Shown one piece after another: positions 7,051-17,958 of a stretch of 64,000 bases of DNA. The stretch is taken from the IMG/VR virus record IMGVR_UViG_3300000553_000012, positions 32,390-96,389 of that record. The stretch is one strand, 5' to 3'. A program made the position numbers and the translations under genes. The stretch comes from a virus. The notes below the pieces were generated by a model. The model did no database searches and was not told where the DNA came from. It worked only from the letters and a program-made list of their open reading frames with translations. How positions within the stretch are numbered: position 1 is the first letter of the stretch; every line of letters starts with the position of its first letter.

Positions 7051-9320
7051 TAAATTTTACAGCTATCACAATCCTCTTCTTCAATTTTTGTTGATGGCAA
7101 ATCTTTTATTTCAATTTCACCAGATTGATCATTGGTATTGAAATAATATAAATTTTTACCACCATATTTATAATACATCAAAATATGCCCAATCATTTCA
7201 CTTAAAGGAATTTTTTCTTCAGGATAAAATTTAGGATTGTATGAAGTATTTGTTGAGATTGCTTGATCGATATATTTTTGAAGTACCGCACAGATTTTTA
7301 AATAACCTTCTGGTGATTTAATATTCCAAAGAAGTTCATACTTGTTTTTAAGTCTACGAATTTGAGGAACTACTTGTTTTAAAACTCCATCTTTAGATTG
7401 TTTAACAGTAATCAATGATCTTGGCGGCTCAATACCGTTTGTTGAATTAGATATTAAAGCTGAAGTTTCTGCTGGCATTACAGCCATTAATGTGGCGTTA
7501 CGAATACCATATTGTAATAATTGATTACGAAGTTCATTCCACGGTAATCGTTCTTTATGTTCTACTAAATCATCAACATCTTTTTTATAGGTATCAATGG
7601 GTAATAGACCATTACAATATTTAACACAATCAGAAAATTGTAAAGCGCCTTTTTCTTGTGCTAAATCTGCGGAAGCTTTGATAAGATAATATGACCAAGC
7701 TTCCGCAAATTCATCTATAAGTTCTAAATTTGGTTGACTATACGTCATGTTATTAATAGCCATCCAGTAAGCAAGATTAATAATACCTATACCAAGAGGC
7801 CTATAAGCCATACTATGTTTATGCGCTGCTTTTATTGGATATTCTTGATAATCTAGTAAAGCATCAAGAGCCCTGACTGCTAGAGTACAGGGCTTTTCAA
7901 AATCTGATGGATTTTTAATCTTACCCCAGTTGATTGCCGAAAGTGTACACAGGGCAATCATACCGTTTTCATCATTTACATCATTTAAAGGAATGGTCCC
8001 AAGACATATTTCTTGACAAAGATTACTCATACGAATAGGAGCTTTTTCTTTTACAAATGATCCATGATCATTTACATGGTCTACATTTTGAAGATAAATT
8101 CTTCCCGTATCTTTTCTTTCTTGAATAAAAAGCGAAAAAAGGTCTCTAGCTGGAATTGTCTTTTTACGAATTTTTGAAGATCGCTCGTAATTATAATAAA
8201 GGGTTCTAAATTTTTCTGTATCAATAAAAAATGCTTCATATAAGTCTGGAACATCATGCGGCGAAAAAAGAGTGATATTTCCGTCATTAATAAGTCTTTC
8301 ATAGATAACTTTATTAAATTGAACAGAATAATCCATATGTCTAATACGATTTTCTTCTGTACCTTTATTGTTTTTTAATACTAAAAGATCCTCGATTTCA
8401 TAGTGCCAAATTGGGTAGTGAAGTGTCGCCGCGCCGGAACGAATAGAGCCTTGACTACAGGACTTAACAGCAGACTGAAAATACTTATAAAAAGGTATAA
8501 CTCCAGTATGACTAGCATCACCATTGCGAATGGGACTGCCAATAGCCCTAATACGCCCAGCGCCAATACCGATACCAGCTTTTTTAGAAACATATTTAAC
8601 AATTGCTGAAGCTGTTGCATTTATAGAATCCAAAGAATCGTCGGTTTCAATAAGTACGCAAGAGGAATATTGCCGCTGAGGAGTTCGAACTCCAGCCATA
8701 ATTGGCGTCGGAAGGCTGATATCAAAGAGAGAAATTGCGTCATAGTAGTCCTTTACCCATTTAAGTCTATCTTGTTTATATGAAGAAAATAAAACCATTG
8801 AAATAAGCATAAAAGTCATTTGTGGCGTTTCATATAAAGCGCCAGTTACACGGTTTTTTACTAAATATTTGCCTCTAAACTGCTCCATAGCAGCATATGT
8901 AAAAAGATCATCACGATCATGATTTATATAATCGTTTAATTCATTCCATTCTTCTTTTGAATATAGTGAATCAAGTTCCGAATCATAATATCCATATGAT
9001 TTTACTTTTAAATAGTGTTTTAATAAATCGATCGGCTCGTACTGCCCATATACTTCTTTGCGAATATGATAACTTATAAGTCTACCAGCTACATATTGAT
9101 AGTTTGGGGTTTCTTCTGTGATTAATTCTGAAGCTGCTTTGATAATTGTTTCTTGAATATCCGATGTTTTGATTTTATCATAAAATTGAATATGAGACTT
9201 TAGTGCAATTTCAGAAACAGAAACATTTGATATTCCTTCACACGCCCAAGCAATTACTTTATGAAATTTTTCAATGTTTAAAAGCTCTTTTTGACCGTTT
9301 CTTTTAATAACACTAATCAT
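7050..9320 (-). CDS. nrdA: class Ia ribonucleotide reductase alpha subunit with ATP cone
   Basis: VIKRNG ATP-cone, SSCVL, SNLCQEI, C-terminal CDSC. Confidence 0.97.
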   Translation of the reverse strand: MISVIKRNGQKELLNIEKFHKVIAWACEGISNVSVSEIALKSHIQFYDKIKTSDIQETIIKAASELITEETPNYQYVAGRLISYHIRKEVYGQYEPIDLLKHYLKVKSYGYYDSELDSLYSKEEWNELNDYINHDRDDLFTYAAMEQFRGKYLVKNRVTGALYETPQMTFMLISMVLFSSYKQDRLKWVKDYYDAISLFDISLPTPIMAGVRTPQRQYSSCVLIETDDSLDSINATASAIVKYVSKKAGIGIGAGRIRAIGSPIRNGDASHTGVIPFYKYFQSAVKSCSQGSIRSGAATLHYPIWHYEIEDLLVLKNNKGTEENRIRHMDYSVQFNKVIYERLINDGNITLFSPHDVPDLYEAFFIDTEKFRTLYYNYERSSKIRKKTIPARDLFSLFIQERKDTGRIYLQNVDHVNDHGSFVKEKAPIRMSNLCQEICLGTIPLNDVNDENGMIALCTLSAINWGKIKNPSDFEKPCTLAVRALDALLDYQEYPIKAAHKHSMAYRPLGIGIINLAYWMAINNMTYSQPNLELIDEFAEAWSYYLIKASADLAQEKGALQFSDCVKYCNGLLPIDTYKKDVDDLVEHKERLPWNELRNQLLQYGIRNATLMAVMPAETSALISNSTNGIEPPRSLITVKQSKDGVLKQVVPQIRRLKNKYELLWNIKSPEGYLKICAVLQKYIDQAISTNTSYNPKFYPEEKIPLSEMIGHILMYYKYGGKNLYYFNTNDQSGEIEIKDLPSTKIEEEDCDSCKI

Positions 9321-9474
9321 ATATTTTCTCTTTTATTGTAAATGTACCGTCTTCATTATCAATCCATTCTATTTCCGTGCCTTCATTCCAACCAAGAGAT
9401 TCAATAATATCATTTGGTATTTCTATATATGCCAGGCCTGTCGCAGGATCTTCTTGTATTACCAGTTCAAGCAT
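9313..9474 (-). CDS. AbrB/MazE-like small protein (53 aa, not in ORF track)
   Basis: IEIPNDIIESLGWNEGTEIEW pattern. Confidence 0.65.
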   Translation of the reverse strand: MLELVIQEDPATGLAYIEIPNDIIESLGWNEGTEIEWIDNEDGTFTIKEKIYD

Positions 9475-9641
9475 TAAGAAATTCTGCCAAGTCTATGATA
9501 TAGTTTTGTCATAGCCGCAAGCTTTTCAAATTCTACATCATTTTCTCTATTTTTTCTATCTTGAATATAAGATATAATTGCTTCTTTTATAAGAGAATAA
9601 TCATTTTGACTAAACACTGCTCTGGGTCTTTCATCATTCAT
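9474..9641 (-). CDS. hypothetical protein (55 aa, not in ORF track)
   Basis: MNDERPRAVFS...LYHRLGRIS; stop overlaps next start. Confidence 0.6.
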   Translation of the reverse strand: MNDERPRAVFSQNDYSLIKEAIISYIQDRKNRENDVEFEKLAAMTKLYHRLGRIS

Positions 9642-9645
9642 TTTT

Positions 9646-10305
9646 TTATTCGTCCTTTAAAGCTTCAACTACACTAGGAAAATGATGACCAATAATGTCC
9701 CAACATAATAAAGCAATTTCTCTATGCTCTTTTTGTGTGGCTTTATCCATTCTTAATGTACAATAATGAATCCAGCTTCTAAGAGTACCAGCCATATATA
9801 ATGTAGTCTCAGTCATTCCTTCAGGTAAAACTACTCTTGCTTGTTCTTTTGCAATGCCATTTTCTAAAGCCCATTTATATTGTGTGATTGCTTCAGATTT
9901 TACTTTATTTTGACGCATATTCCATGTTTCTTGAAGTCTATGATCATCATTTTCAATAGAATTTTGACGATTCTTTAAATCTTGTAATCGAGCTTCTCGT
10001 GTAATAAAGTTTTCTGATATAGCATATCTTTGGCTAAATTCTTGAAATGAAAATGACCTATGACGAAGAATTTGTCTAGAAATATCTCTAGTCGTTTTAA
10101 TTTCCATTACGATGTGTACTAGTTCAAATGGCGACCAGTGCTCATTGTTAATAAGATATTTGACTAACTTATTTGCGGTCTTAGTATTATTTTGATTACT
10201 AGGATTTGATACTCTAGCTGCATATGCGACAAGATCATTTGCAGTCAAACAATCTGAATATGCTGTGGGTTTAGTAATTCCAATGAGATTGACTTTTGAA
10301 TTCAT
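9646..10305 (-). CDS. thyX: FAD-dependent thymidylate synthase
   Basis: HWSPFE, RHRSFSFQEFSQRY, EQARVVLP. Confidence 0.95.
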   Translation of the reverse strand: MNSKVNLIGITKPTAYSDCLTANDLVAYAARVSNPSNQNNTKTANKLVKYLINNEHWSPFELVHIVMEIKTTRDISRQILRHRSFSFQEFSQRYAISENFITREARLQDLKNRQNSIENDDHRLQETWNMRQNKVKSEAITQYKWALENGIAKEQARVVLPEGMTETTLYMAGTLRSWIHYCTLRMDKATQKEHREIALLCWDIIGHHFPSVVEALKDE

Positions 10306-10499
10306 TCTTGATTAACACTTTCAAATCGTGTATTAATATCAAAAACATAATCACAACTTTCTAGAAAAGTTTTAAAATGATATAATAGATTATCAACAGT
10401 AGCATCTACGGTATCGATATTATAACTTGTATGTTTTGTTGCAGCACCTTCATAATCTGCATTATCATCATCATACATCGAAAAACTAAAACGTCTCAT
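10302..10499 (-). CDS. hypothetical protein
   Basis: 65-aa ORF coupled to neighbours. Confidence 0.6.
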   Translation of the reverse strand: MRRFSFSMYDDDNADYEGAATKHTSYNIDTVDATVDNLLYHFKTFLESCDYVFDINTRFESVNQE

Positions 10500-10702
10500 T
10501 TAAATCTCCATTTTGAAAAATATTTGATAAACTCTTGAATAAAAATTTTAATTACTATTAATGGCCATATAATTGATAATACTGGATGAATAATATCAGT
10601 AGTATCTCCATGCATCCATTTTGCAAGATACACTATAAATATACATATAACTACATATATATAAACAAATAAACCAAAATCCATCATCAGCACTTTCTCC
10701 AC
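10496..10702 (-). CDS. small membrane protein
   Basis: two hydrophobic segments. Confidence 0.5.
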   Translation of the reverse strand: MEKVLMMDFGLFVYIYVVICIFIVYLAKWMHGDTTDIIHPVLSIIWPLIVIKIFIQEFIKYFSKWRFK

Positions 10703-11700
10703 TTATTGAATTCAAGCTTGGCTGACAAACCATTAAATGTTCTTTGATCAATAATATATTTAATATGTTCGATGTCAGCGCCATTGAGGATCATTTCATT
10801 AACATCTTTGCCTTTAAAGGTATTATCCCATATTACAACATTATAACCCTTTTCAATATAATTGTCAATTCGTTTGACTATTTCTTTATTTCTAGGTTCA
10901 TTATCAAAAACATATACAGGATCGATAAAAGAATTGTCTAAATGTACATCTGCACCAGCCATTGCTATAGAATTATTAATAAACATACTATCAAATGGGC
11001 CTTCAAATACATAGACTCTTTCTTTTTTATTTACAGAATCTAGACCAAAGATTTTAGGCCTATCTTCAAGCATAATAGTTATATATCTCATTTTGGATTT
11101 AGGATCAAGAGATCGCCCCTGATATCCAAACATAGTTCCATCTTCTCTGAGAAATGGTATAATAATTCTAGAATGTTCATTATTGAGTTGTAACTTTTCT
11201 GGAATCATACTATTAGTCCAAGCAGCAAATCTTTCACAAAAGAAAAGCTTGGCATGCCATGGAGTATCAATTTTTCTCGATACGATATATTGCTTTGCCG
11301 GATGATATGATGGTAGTTGAGAAATCTTTTTTAATTTACGTAATGGAGAACCAGCAGCTAAAAATTTTGGTGGAGATGGATTAATAATACTCTTTTTTGT
11401 TTCTATAACAGTTTCTTTATTAATAAACGTTTCAACTGTATATTCTTCATATAATGATGGATCTAATTTTTGAATAAATTTAGGAAATGTACAAGCAATA
11501 CCACAATTGTGGCACTTATAATACACATTTCCTTTATTTTGATAAATATAACCTCGGGCTTTAAATTTATTTTTTTCAGAATCACCACAAATTGGACATC
11601 TGAAATTAGCCATATAGGGATTTGTTTTTTTAATTTTGTAAAGATTTAATCGACTAGAAAGTATTCCAGCATATTTAATATCTATCCACACATTATTCAT
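10687..11700 (-). CDS. DNA primase (T4 gp61-like)
   Basis: NFRCPICGDS...YKCHNCG Zn finger, EGPFDS and VFDNEPRN TOPRIM motifs. Confidence 0.95.
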   Translation of the reverse strand: MNNVWIDIKYAGILSSRLNLYKIKKTNPYMANFRCPICGDSEKNKFKARGYIYQNKGNVYYKCHNCGIACTFPKFIQKLDPSLYEEYTVETFINKETVIETKKSIINPSPPKFLAAGSPLRKLKKISQLPSYHPAKQYIVSRKIDTPWHAKLFFCERFAAWTNSMIPEKLQLNNEHSRIIIPFLREDGTMFGYQGRSLDPKSKMRYITIMLEDRPKIFGLDSVNKKERVYVFEGPFDSMFINNSIAMAGADVHLDNSFIDPVYVFDNEPRNKEIVKRIDNYIEKGYNVVIWDNTFKGKDVNEMILNGADIEHIKYIIDQRTFNGLSAKLEFNKWRKC

Positions 11701-11768
11701 CTAGTATACCTTTATTATTGAGTCAGTATACTCATTATAACTAATATCAATTTAATGTAAATGGGTAT

Positions 11769-12125
11769 TTAATTTAAAAATGGCGGAATCCACGGAATTA
11801 TTCCCATTTTAAAAAGAATAAATGCTATAAGCACTCCAATAATTAAAAATCCCATTTTATGTCGTGCTAAAGAATCTCTAATCAATATCATATCATCATG
11901 ATGTTTTTTATTTTCATCTTTAATTTCTTTTAATACATTATAAATATCAGATGTTATGTCATCTTGTTTAGTAAGTTTTACTTCATGAACAGCAAGTAAT
12001 TCTTTGATAGAAGACGAAACGTCTGATAATTTATCCATAGTCGTGTCTAATTTTGTAAAAAAACCAGACATTTGATCGATATCACGCTCAAGTATTGCTA
12101 CTCGTGTTTCTATTTCCCCTGCCAT
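11769..12125 (-). CDS. coiled-coil protein with C-terminal TM helix (possible lysis/holin-like)
   Basis: heptad N-region, hydrophobic C-terminus, follows spanins. Confidence 0.55.
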   Translation of the reverse strand: MAGEIETRVAILERDIDQMSGFFTKLDTTMDKLSDVSSSIKELLAVHEVKLTKQDDITSDIYNVLKEIKDENKKHHDDMILIRDSLARHKMGFLIIGVLIAFILFKMGIIPWIPPFLN

Positions 12126-12133
12126 TTTTTCCT

Positions 12134-12400
12134 CTATTTACAAAACTTATTGATCCAAGCAATCACGCCATTATGATCGATGTTTAAATCATTATAAGAT
12201 TTGATATCAACAATCCATTGATCTAATATTTGTTTTTCAGTCATACTTCCATTTGGAAGTGGCTTTAGATCATTATGTTTGATCATGTATTCTTGCGGAG
12301 GAACACATGTTTTAGTTGTTACCGGTGGAGGCGCGTAAATTGTTGAGCACCCGAGTAACATCGGGGCCAACATCACAGCTAGAATTATCTTTAACTTCAT
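12134..12400 (-). CDS. outer-membrane spanin (Rz1-like lipoprotein)
   Basis: lipobox LLGC, Pro-rich, overlaps 3' end of TM/coiled-coil gene. Confidence 0.75.
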   Translation of the reverse strand: MKLKIILAVMLAPMLLGCSTIYAPPPVTTKTCVPPQEYMIKHNDLKPLPNGSMTEKQILDQWIVDIKSYNDLNIDHNGVIAWINKFCK

Positions 12401-12704
12401 TTGTAACTACCGTTGTTGCAACGTCAGCGGCATGCTGAACATTTTGTTTCTTTTTATTTATTACAACGACAGTTGGAACCGCTGCATTAATTTGATCCTG
12501 AAGATTCTTTTCTTTGATTATTTCTGCATCCAGTTGGCTCTGGATTGCGGCCTGGTGACATTTGTTAGATGCATTGGTATAACCTAAGTGATAGATGAAG
12601 AATCCCACAGAAAGGGCTCCAGCAAGCACCACACCCATGCCTATTAACTGACCGACAAAAGACTTGAAGACCAATCCAAGAATAAAATCAAATATCTTAT
12701 CCAA
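12312..12704 (-). CDS. inner-membrane spanin (Rz-like)
   Basis: N-terminal TM helix, periplasmic coiled coil, Cys near C-terminus. Confidence 0.72.
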   Translation of the reverse strand: MDKIFDFILGLVFKSFVGQLIGMGVVLAGALSVGFFIYHLGYTNASNKCHQAAIQSQLDAEIIKEKNLQDQINAAVPTVVVINKKKQNVQHAADVATTVVTNEVKDNSSCDVGPDVTRVLNNLRASTGNN

Positions 12705-13071
12705 GATTAACTCCAGTCACCATTTTTCTTAAAGCATTAATATTGTCTTCAACACCTTTTTGATTTTCTTTTTTATATTTTGTTTTAAAAACTGGAGGAT
12801 TATCTATACTGGGTTTAATTCCAGCCGTGCTATTTGTTGGAGCTCCAGAAGACATACCTGCGCCAGGCGCTCCAGCTGCCGGCGCCGCGCCATCTTCCTG
12901 AAGTCCGGCATGTTTAAGTGCAGACTTCTTAAAATCTGCACCAAAAAACTTTAATTTTTTCCCATTAGATGCTTTCCAGCCTTGGTCACCATTTGGAGTA
13001 GTATATGGTTTTACGTAAGGTTTGCCTTGTACTTCTGTAATATAATTTTGAATTTCCTTAAACGTTTTCAT
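12697..13071 (-). CDS. putative head-internal protein (start MKTFKEIQNYITE)
   Basis: T4 internal-protein-like N-terminus; start overlaps upstream stop. Confidence 0.6.
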   Translation of the reverse strand: MKTFKEIQNYITEVQGKPYVKPYTTPNGDQGWKASNGKKLKFFGADFKKSALKHAGLQEDGAAPAAGAPGAGMSSGAPTNSTAGIKPSIDNPPVFKTKYKKENQKGVEDNINALRKMVTGVNLG

Positions 13072-13469
13072 CAGCAATGCCACCGGCGTAAAGACATCGC
13101 TTTGCGCGTTGGTCTACCCTTTTCATCTTTCATTGGGCCTGGCATACCACCCATTCTAGCACAAAATGATTTTCTACGTTTAGCTGCTTTACTGCCGGGT
13201 TTTAGTTTACTTGGAGGAGTAGTGACTGCCGTATGTATGCCAAAGTGTTTAGCACCTTTACGAGTAAGTCCAGCACCAGATTCAGTAGAACGATAGTATC
13301 CTTTAGAGTCTGCACCACGTTCAAGCAGAGCATCTTCTTTGACTGGTACACAATTCGGAACTTCTTTACCGTCTTTCTTTTTCTTACCAATCATTTTATA
13401 CCCTTTCCAGCATGGATCGGGCTCTTTCATTTTTTTGTTTTCATTTATAAAAGAAGAAAATCGTTTCAT
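13071..13469 (-). CDS. basic virion protein
   Basis: MKRFSSFINE start; PCWKGY...VPNCV and RRKSFCARM motifs seen in T4-like virion proteins. Confidence 0.7.
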   Translation of the reverse strand: MKRFSSFINENKKMKEPDPCWKGYKMIGKKKKDGKEVPNCVPVKEDALLERGADSKGYYRSTESGAGLTRKGAKHFGIHTAVTTPPSKLKPGSKAAKRRKSFCARMGGMPGPMKDEKGRPTRKAMSLRRWHC

Positions 13470-13726
13470 TATGACATTTCTGCTGCAATATAATTTGCTA
13501 CAGTATCAATATAATCTTGAGCCATTGTGATTTTTGCATGACACCATTCAGGTAATTCATCATCTGATTTAATCATACCAAGAATTTTTTCAGAATTCAT
13601 AACAGTACTTTTTAGATAATTGATTGTCATATGTGTATCATGATCTGCTTTGACTTCTTCTTTCACACACTTGCAAGGAGAAGCATTGCATTCTGTACAT
13701 TTTCTCATTTCTTTGAATTTTTTCAT
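13469..13726 (-). CDS. putative head-internal protein
   Basis: MKKFKE start; LPEWCHAKITMAQDYI motif. Confidence 0.65.
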   Translation of the reverse strand: MKKFKEMRKCTECNASPCKCVKEEVKADHDTHMTINYLKSTVMNSEKILGMIKSDDELPEWCHAKITMAQDYIDTVANYIAAEMS

Positions 13727-13727
13727 T

Positions 13728-14120
13728 TTAGATTTTCCTCAGTTTTTCTAATATATTCTCATCGGAGATAATATCTTTACTATTTATATTTTCACCTGTT
13801 AATCCTATATTTAATACCTTATCTGGCATAAAATGAAGAAATTCTAAAAAAGGTTTTAGATATTCTTTATATTCATATAACTTAAAAAATAACATTCTTG
13901 TCGCTGGAATTAATCCAAATATATTATAAATTATTATAATATGATTGAGTATAAGTCGATCTTTTAAATCACCGGTTTCTGCATATATGTTAAATAATCG
14001 TTTTAAATATTTAAATCGTTTGAGATCATCATAAAACTCGATGGTGTCATAACATTGTGGATTTTCATAATGTTTTGCTGAATATAATAAAAAATTAGTT
14101 TCATCAAGCTTTTCATACAT
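13728..14120 (-). CDS. conserved T4-like hypothetical protein
   Basis: HYENPQC..EFYDDLKRFKYLKRL..LILNH. Confidence 0.75.
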   Translation of the reverse strand: MYEKLDETNFLLYSAKHYENPQCYDTIEFYDDLKRFKYLKRLFNIYAETGDLKDRLILNHIIIIYNIFGLIPATRMLFFKLYEYKEYLKPFLEFLHFMPDKVLNIGLTGENINSKDIISDENILEKLRKI

Positions 14121-14132
14121 TATAAAATAATA

Positions 14133-15401
14133 TTAAGAACCTATCGCCATCCAAAATACGTAATTATTTGTAGCAGAAGTTGTTCTGATAGTAAAAGTGG
14201 AGTTATTTACTGCAAATATATACGGAACATTGGCGGCCGCCGCTCCTGGTGTACTATTACTGGTAGCTGTTATACTATAAACATTTACAGAAAAAAGTGT
14301 AGTATTTGGAAAATTGATGGCGGCAGTAGATGAATTTGCGTTTGCCTGTCCCCACTGCATCTTTAGTCCATTTGACATCGTACTCCAACCATTTTGTGAA
14401 ATAGATGATGAACCTATAGAAATCGTTGTACTATTAATTACAACATTAGAAGTTGAATTGCCTATACTTAAATTAGAGGCACTTAATACAGCAGAAGTAT
14501 TTGTGGTTGTATTATATAATCCTTCAACAGTTGAATTTCCAAAACCATAAACAGTTGAATTTCCAACATTAGCCGAAGATGAAGTAATAATATATACACT
14601 TATATTACCACTACTATTTGCGGTAACTAAAGCTTCTGCTGTTGAATTTCCAAAACCATAACTAGTTGAATTTCCACTGTAAAAATGAGTTGAATTAGAA
14701 AAAGTATTTACTGTAGAATTTCCAACCGAGTATTGAATAGAATTTGCTGTAAACTTGGATCCAGCAGCCGAAGTATTACCGACTGTAAATGTGGCTGTGC
14801 TTGTCACATTACCAATATTGACATTACCACCAGCATCTATACGCATTCTTTCATTTGTAGAAAGAGAGCCACCTGTAAAAAAATTAATATAATTGGTTCC
14901 GCCACCAACAGAAGCAACCCCGATAGAAAGATTTGTGTTGCCAGAATACAAATAAGCATCTGAAGGGTTACTTATGGTCCATAGTGTATTAGACCACCCA
15001 GAAGATAATATTCCGATATCTACATAGTTATTTCCTATTGGGCCATTATTATCATAAACAGCAAAATCAGCGGAAGCAGAAGATTGATTGTTTGAATTCC
15101 AAATGATACCTTGAATATAATTGTTTTGATTCCCTACAAATTCAACAAGTGATAAATCTGTAGAATTCCAACCAATGACTGTATTGACTGTAGAATTGCC
15201 AACAGTTAATGTATTACTTACGGCTAAATTGCCTTGAAAAGTTGGAGAAGTATTATTAAAGACTCCAGCAAGTAAAGTACTCGGATTTATGGAAAAGGTA
15301 TTAAGAGTAGTTCCAGTATTTTGAACAATTACTAAGAGGTCAGCATTTGAAAATGATGAAGTAAGCGTTAAATTGCTTATTTTAATTGGACCGTTGGACA
15401 T
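14133..15401 (-). CDS. tail-fibre-like protein with GNST repeats
   Basis: ERMRIDAGGNVNIG fibre motif; C-terminal NGW...NGLKMQWG...WMAIG domain. Confidence 0.75.
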   Translation of the reverse strand: MSNGPIKISNLTLTSSFSNADLLVIVQNTGTTLNTFSINPSTLLAGVFNNTSPTFQGNLAVSNTLTVGNSTVNTVIGWNSTDLSLVEFVGNQNNYIQGIIWNSNNQSSASADFAVYDNNGPIGNNYVDIGILSSGWSNTLWTISNPSDAYLYSGNTNLSIGVASVGGGTNYINFFTGGSLSTNERMRIDAGGNVNIGNVTSTATFTVGNTSAAGSKFTANSIQYSVGNSTVNTFSNSTHFYSGNSTSYGFGNSTAEALVTANSSGNISVYIITSSSANVGNSTVYGFGNSTVEGLYNTTTNTSAVLSASNLSIGNSTSNVVINSTTISIGSSSISQNGWSTMSNGLKMQWGQANANSSTAAINFPNTTLFSVNVYSITATSNSTPGAAAANVPYIFAVNNSTFTIRTTSATNNYVFWMAIGS

Positions 15402-15424
15402 ACTGACCTCTTAGTATTATAATA

Positions 15425-17740
15425 TTATGAATTTGGTGTCGTTGAATTATCAGCCGCATTCTCAGTAACATATGGACTTGTACCAGCTAAAGCAACAATA
15501 GTTTCTGACATTACTCGTCCAGATCGGCCGCCTAGTGTAACATTTACTGAATTACCAGAACTTGCACTAGCAAAAGATGCAGCAAAAGTAATACCAGAAC
15601 CAGTACCAGTACCGCCACTAGAATTAGAGTAAGTAAACACTAAATTAGCAGTGGTTAAACCGGAAGTAAATAGCCCCTGATTAGTAATTGTAATTGTTGA
15701 ATTGCTAACACTTGAGCTTGTAAGATTAGCCCTTCCTGCAACAATTTGGCCAGTAGAAGTCATTGATGTACTGGCGACGGTGGGATTGCCACTAACAGCA
15801 TATGTTCCAGCACCACCGGTCGTTCCGGATAATTGAGCTAAAATCTGTGTATTAGCTGCTACACCTGTACCAGCGATAATATTGCCCACAGAAATTGTGC
15901 CCGTTACTGAAGATGCTGTTAAAATATTACCAGTAATAACTCCGGTGAAACTTGCGAGATTATATGTACAAGTAACAGTAACAATATCACCAGCAACATA
16001 ACTTGAAGGTGTACCAGTAGCTGTCACATTTGCAAGGTGTATTTGCCGTTGATAGGTATACGTTAATGAACCAGTATTAGTAAATCCATAACCAGGATAA
16101 GCTACTGCAACTGAAGATATATTAGCTCCGGCCGTGCCGGATTGTGTATTTGTTGTAATTGTAAGAAGACCGTTTGCAGTACCTCCAGAAACAATAATTG
16201 TTTCGCCATTTGAATATCCTGAAGTAGAAGTACTATTAGGACTGGCTCCTGTAATTGGTCCAGTACCATATTTTAATTCTACCCAACCAGATGAAAGGCT
16301 GCGGCCATATACTGTTTTTTCATAAGATGAGAAAGTTATCGTATTGCTTGTAGCACCTCCGGTAGCATAAGCATTACTAGAAAGAACAATTGTTGTGGCA
16401 TTAACTGATACTACTTTTGGTATCACCGTTGACATAGTAACTGTAGCACCAGATGCACCATTTGAAATTGAATTGGCGCTTACAACATAGTTTCCAATAC
16501 CATTTGTTGCGGTAGTTGAAACTACATATGTGCCATTAGCGATAGCAAGAGTGCTATTAGCTAATATTTCTTGTCCAACAGCTAAAGGAGGACCGGTAAA
16601 AGCAGTGACATTTAAAATATTACCATTTGATCCAATGGTGCCATTTGAAATTGTACCAGTAATAGTAGTAACGGTTGTTGATGTAGTGCCGTTTAATTGT
16701 GATAGACTTGGAATATTATTTCCAGAAATAATCATGCCTGGTGCAATATATGTAAAGGTGCATGTTGCACTAGCATTAGTAAGATTTGATGGTGCTGATA
16801 AAAGAACCGCAGACGAATTAATGACATTTGCAACAGCAATTGTATTGGCCCATACTGGAAGGGCGCCGGTTGTATTGGCAGCAGTAGAATAAATTGCCAT
16901 GCCCGGAGCAATATTTGCAGTTGAGGCAATTCCGGTTAAAATAGTATTACTTTGGCTAAATGCAGCAGTAGTACTATATGATGTAGCTACGTTGCCTCCC
17001 TGATAAGTGGCATTTGCAGAATAATTAGTAAGAAAATTGTTTCCTGAAATTGTATTTGCTGTAATTGTAACAATATTTGGAATATTTAACATGTTCCAAA
17101 TACCAACCGCAGCGCCATTTTGAATAGCACCAGTTGTTGTGTTTTGATACATATTTTGACCACGAACACCATCATTATAGAAATTTACATTAGCACTTGT
17201 TACATTTGCATATGCCCATTGTTGAGACATTGTAACCGCAGTACTATTAATTATTGAAGTAACAATAGCTCCGGAAGATAAATTACCAAAAACAGTATTT
17301 GAATTAATAAGCATATTCACATTTATGCCAGAAGTAGAGGTTAAATTTCCAATAATATTACTTGTGGTAAAAGTCATATTTGCAGTTTGATTACTAATAG
17401 GAGAAGGCGAAGATAAAGTAACTGCTGTGGTATTAATAATATTAAGCACTGTTATAGCGCCATTTGACCAACTTCCACTACCAGTAGCATTGGTAGCAGC
17501 AGAATATAGCACTTGTCCCGGAAAAACATTTTGTGTAGATGGCAATCCAACCATAATTGAATTACCTTGAGCTACATTTGCAACAGATGTAGTTACAGTA
17601 TATGCAGTTTGATTTGATGTAAAAGTTGCATTAGAAATAGAAGTAACATTTGCTGTTTGTGCATATGCCTTATCTTTAGCTAATACACCAAGAAACTTGG
17701 GTGCACTATTGGCTTGGTCTGAGGCTCTCCATAATGGCAT
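15425..17740 (-). CDS. large Asn/Ser/Thr/Gly-rich virion structural protein
   Basis: MPLW start, GRSGRV..ETIVA C-terminus, very few charged residues, late promoter upstream. Confidence 0.75.
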   Translation of the reverse strand: MPLWRASDQANSAPKFLGVLAKDKAYAQTANVTSISNATFTSNQTAYTVTTSVANVAQGNSIMVGLPSTQNVFPGQVLYSAATNATGSGSWSNGAITVLNIINTTAVTLSSPSPISNQTANMTFTTSNIIGNLTSTSGINVNMLINSNTVFGNLSSGAIVTSIINSTAVTMSQQWAYANVTSANVNFYNDGVRGQNMYQNTTTGAIQNGAAVGIWNMLNIPNIVTITANTISGNNFLTNYSANATYQGGNVATSYSTTAAFSQSNTILTGIASTANIAPGMAIYSTAANTTGALPVWANTIAVANVINSSAVLLSAPSNLTNASATCTFTYIAPGMIISGNNIPSLSQLNGTTSTTVTTITGTISNGTIGSNGNILNVTAFTGPPLAVGQEILANSTLAIANGTYVVSTTATNGIGNYVVSANSISNGASGATVTMSTVIPKVVSVNATTIVLSSNAYATGGATSNTITFSSYEKTVYGRSLSSGWVELKYGTGPITGASPNSTSTSGYSNGETIIVSGGTANGLLTITTNTQSGTAGANISSVAVAYPGYGFTNTGSLTYTYQRQIHLANVTATGTPSSYVAGDIVTVTCTYNLASFTGVITGNILTASSVTGTISVGNIIAGTGVAANTQILAQLSGTTGGAGTYAVSGNPTVASTSMTSTGQIVAGRANLTSSSVSNSTITITNQGLFTSGLTTANLVFTYSNSSGGTGTGSGITFAASFASASSGNSVNVTLGGRSGRVMSETIVALAGTSPYVTENAADNSTTPNS

Positions 17741-17766
17741 TTTTTTTCTCCTTACGAGTGTTTATT

Positions 17767-17955
17767 CTATTTATTTATATGAAACATCTTAGAAACATAC
17801 TCAGAGGGTTTCTCGACGACATCTGGGTTATGCACAACAGTAATATTTATAGTAGGATCATCTGATATTTTTAAATGAACAGAATCATTGTGTTTAATCT
17901 TTGGCACGGCTTCCTGTCTATTTAATATAGTAATATTTTTATGTATGACCGGCAA
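17767..17955 (-). CDS. hypothetical protein
   Basis: 62-aa ORF in late operon. Confidence 0.5.
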   Translation of the reverse strand: MPVIHKNITILNRQEAVPKIKHNDSVHLKISDDPTINITVVHNPDVVEKPSEYVSKMFHINK

Positions 17956-17958
17956 GTA

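Noticed and set aside
5442-9320. Introns or inteins in nrdA/nrdB (also checked gp43)
   Set aside because: ORFs are continuous and of normal length
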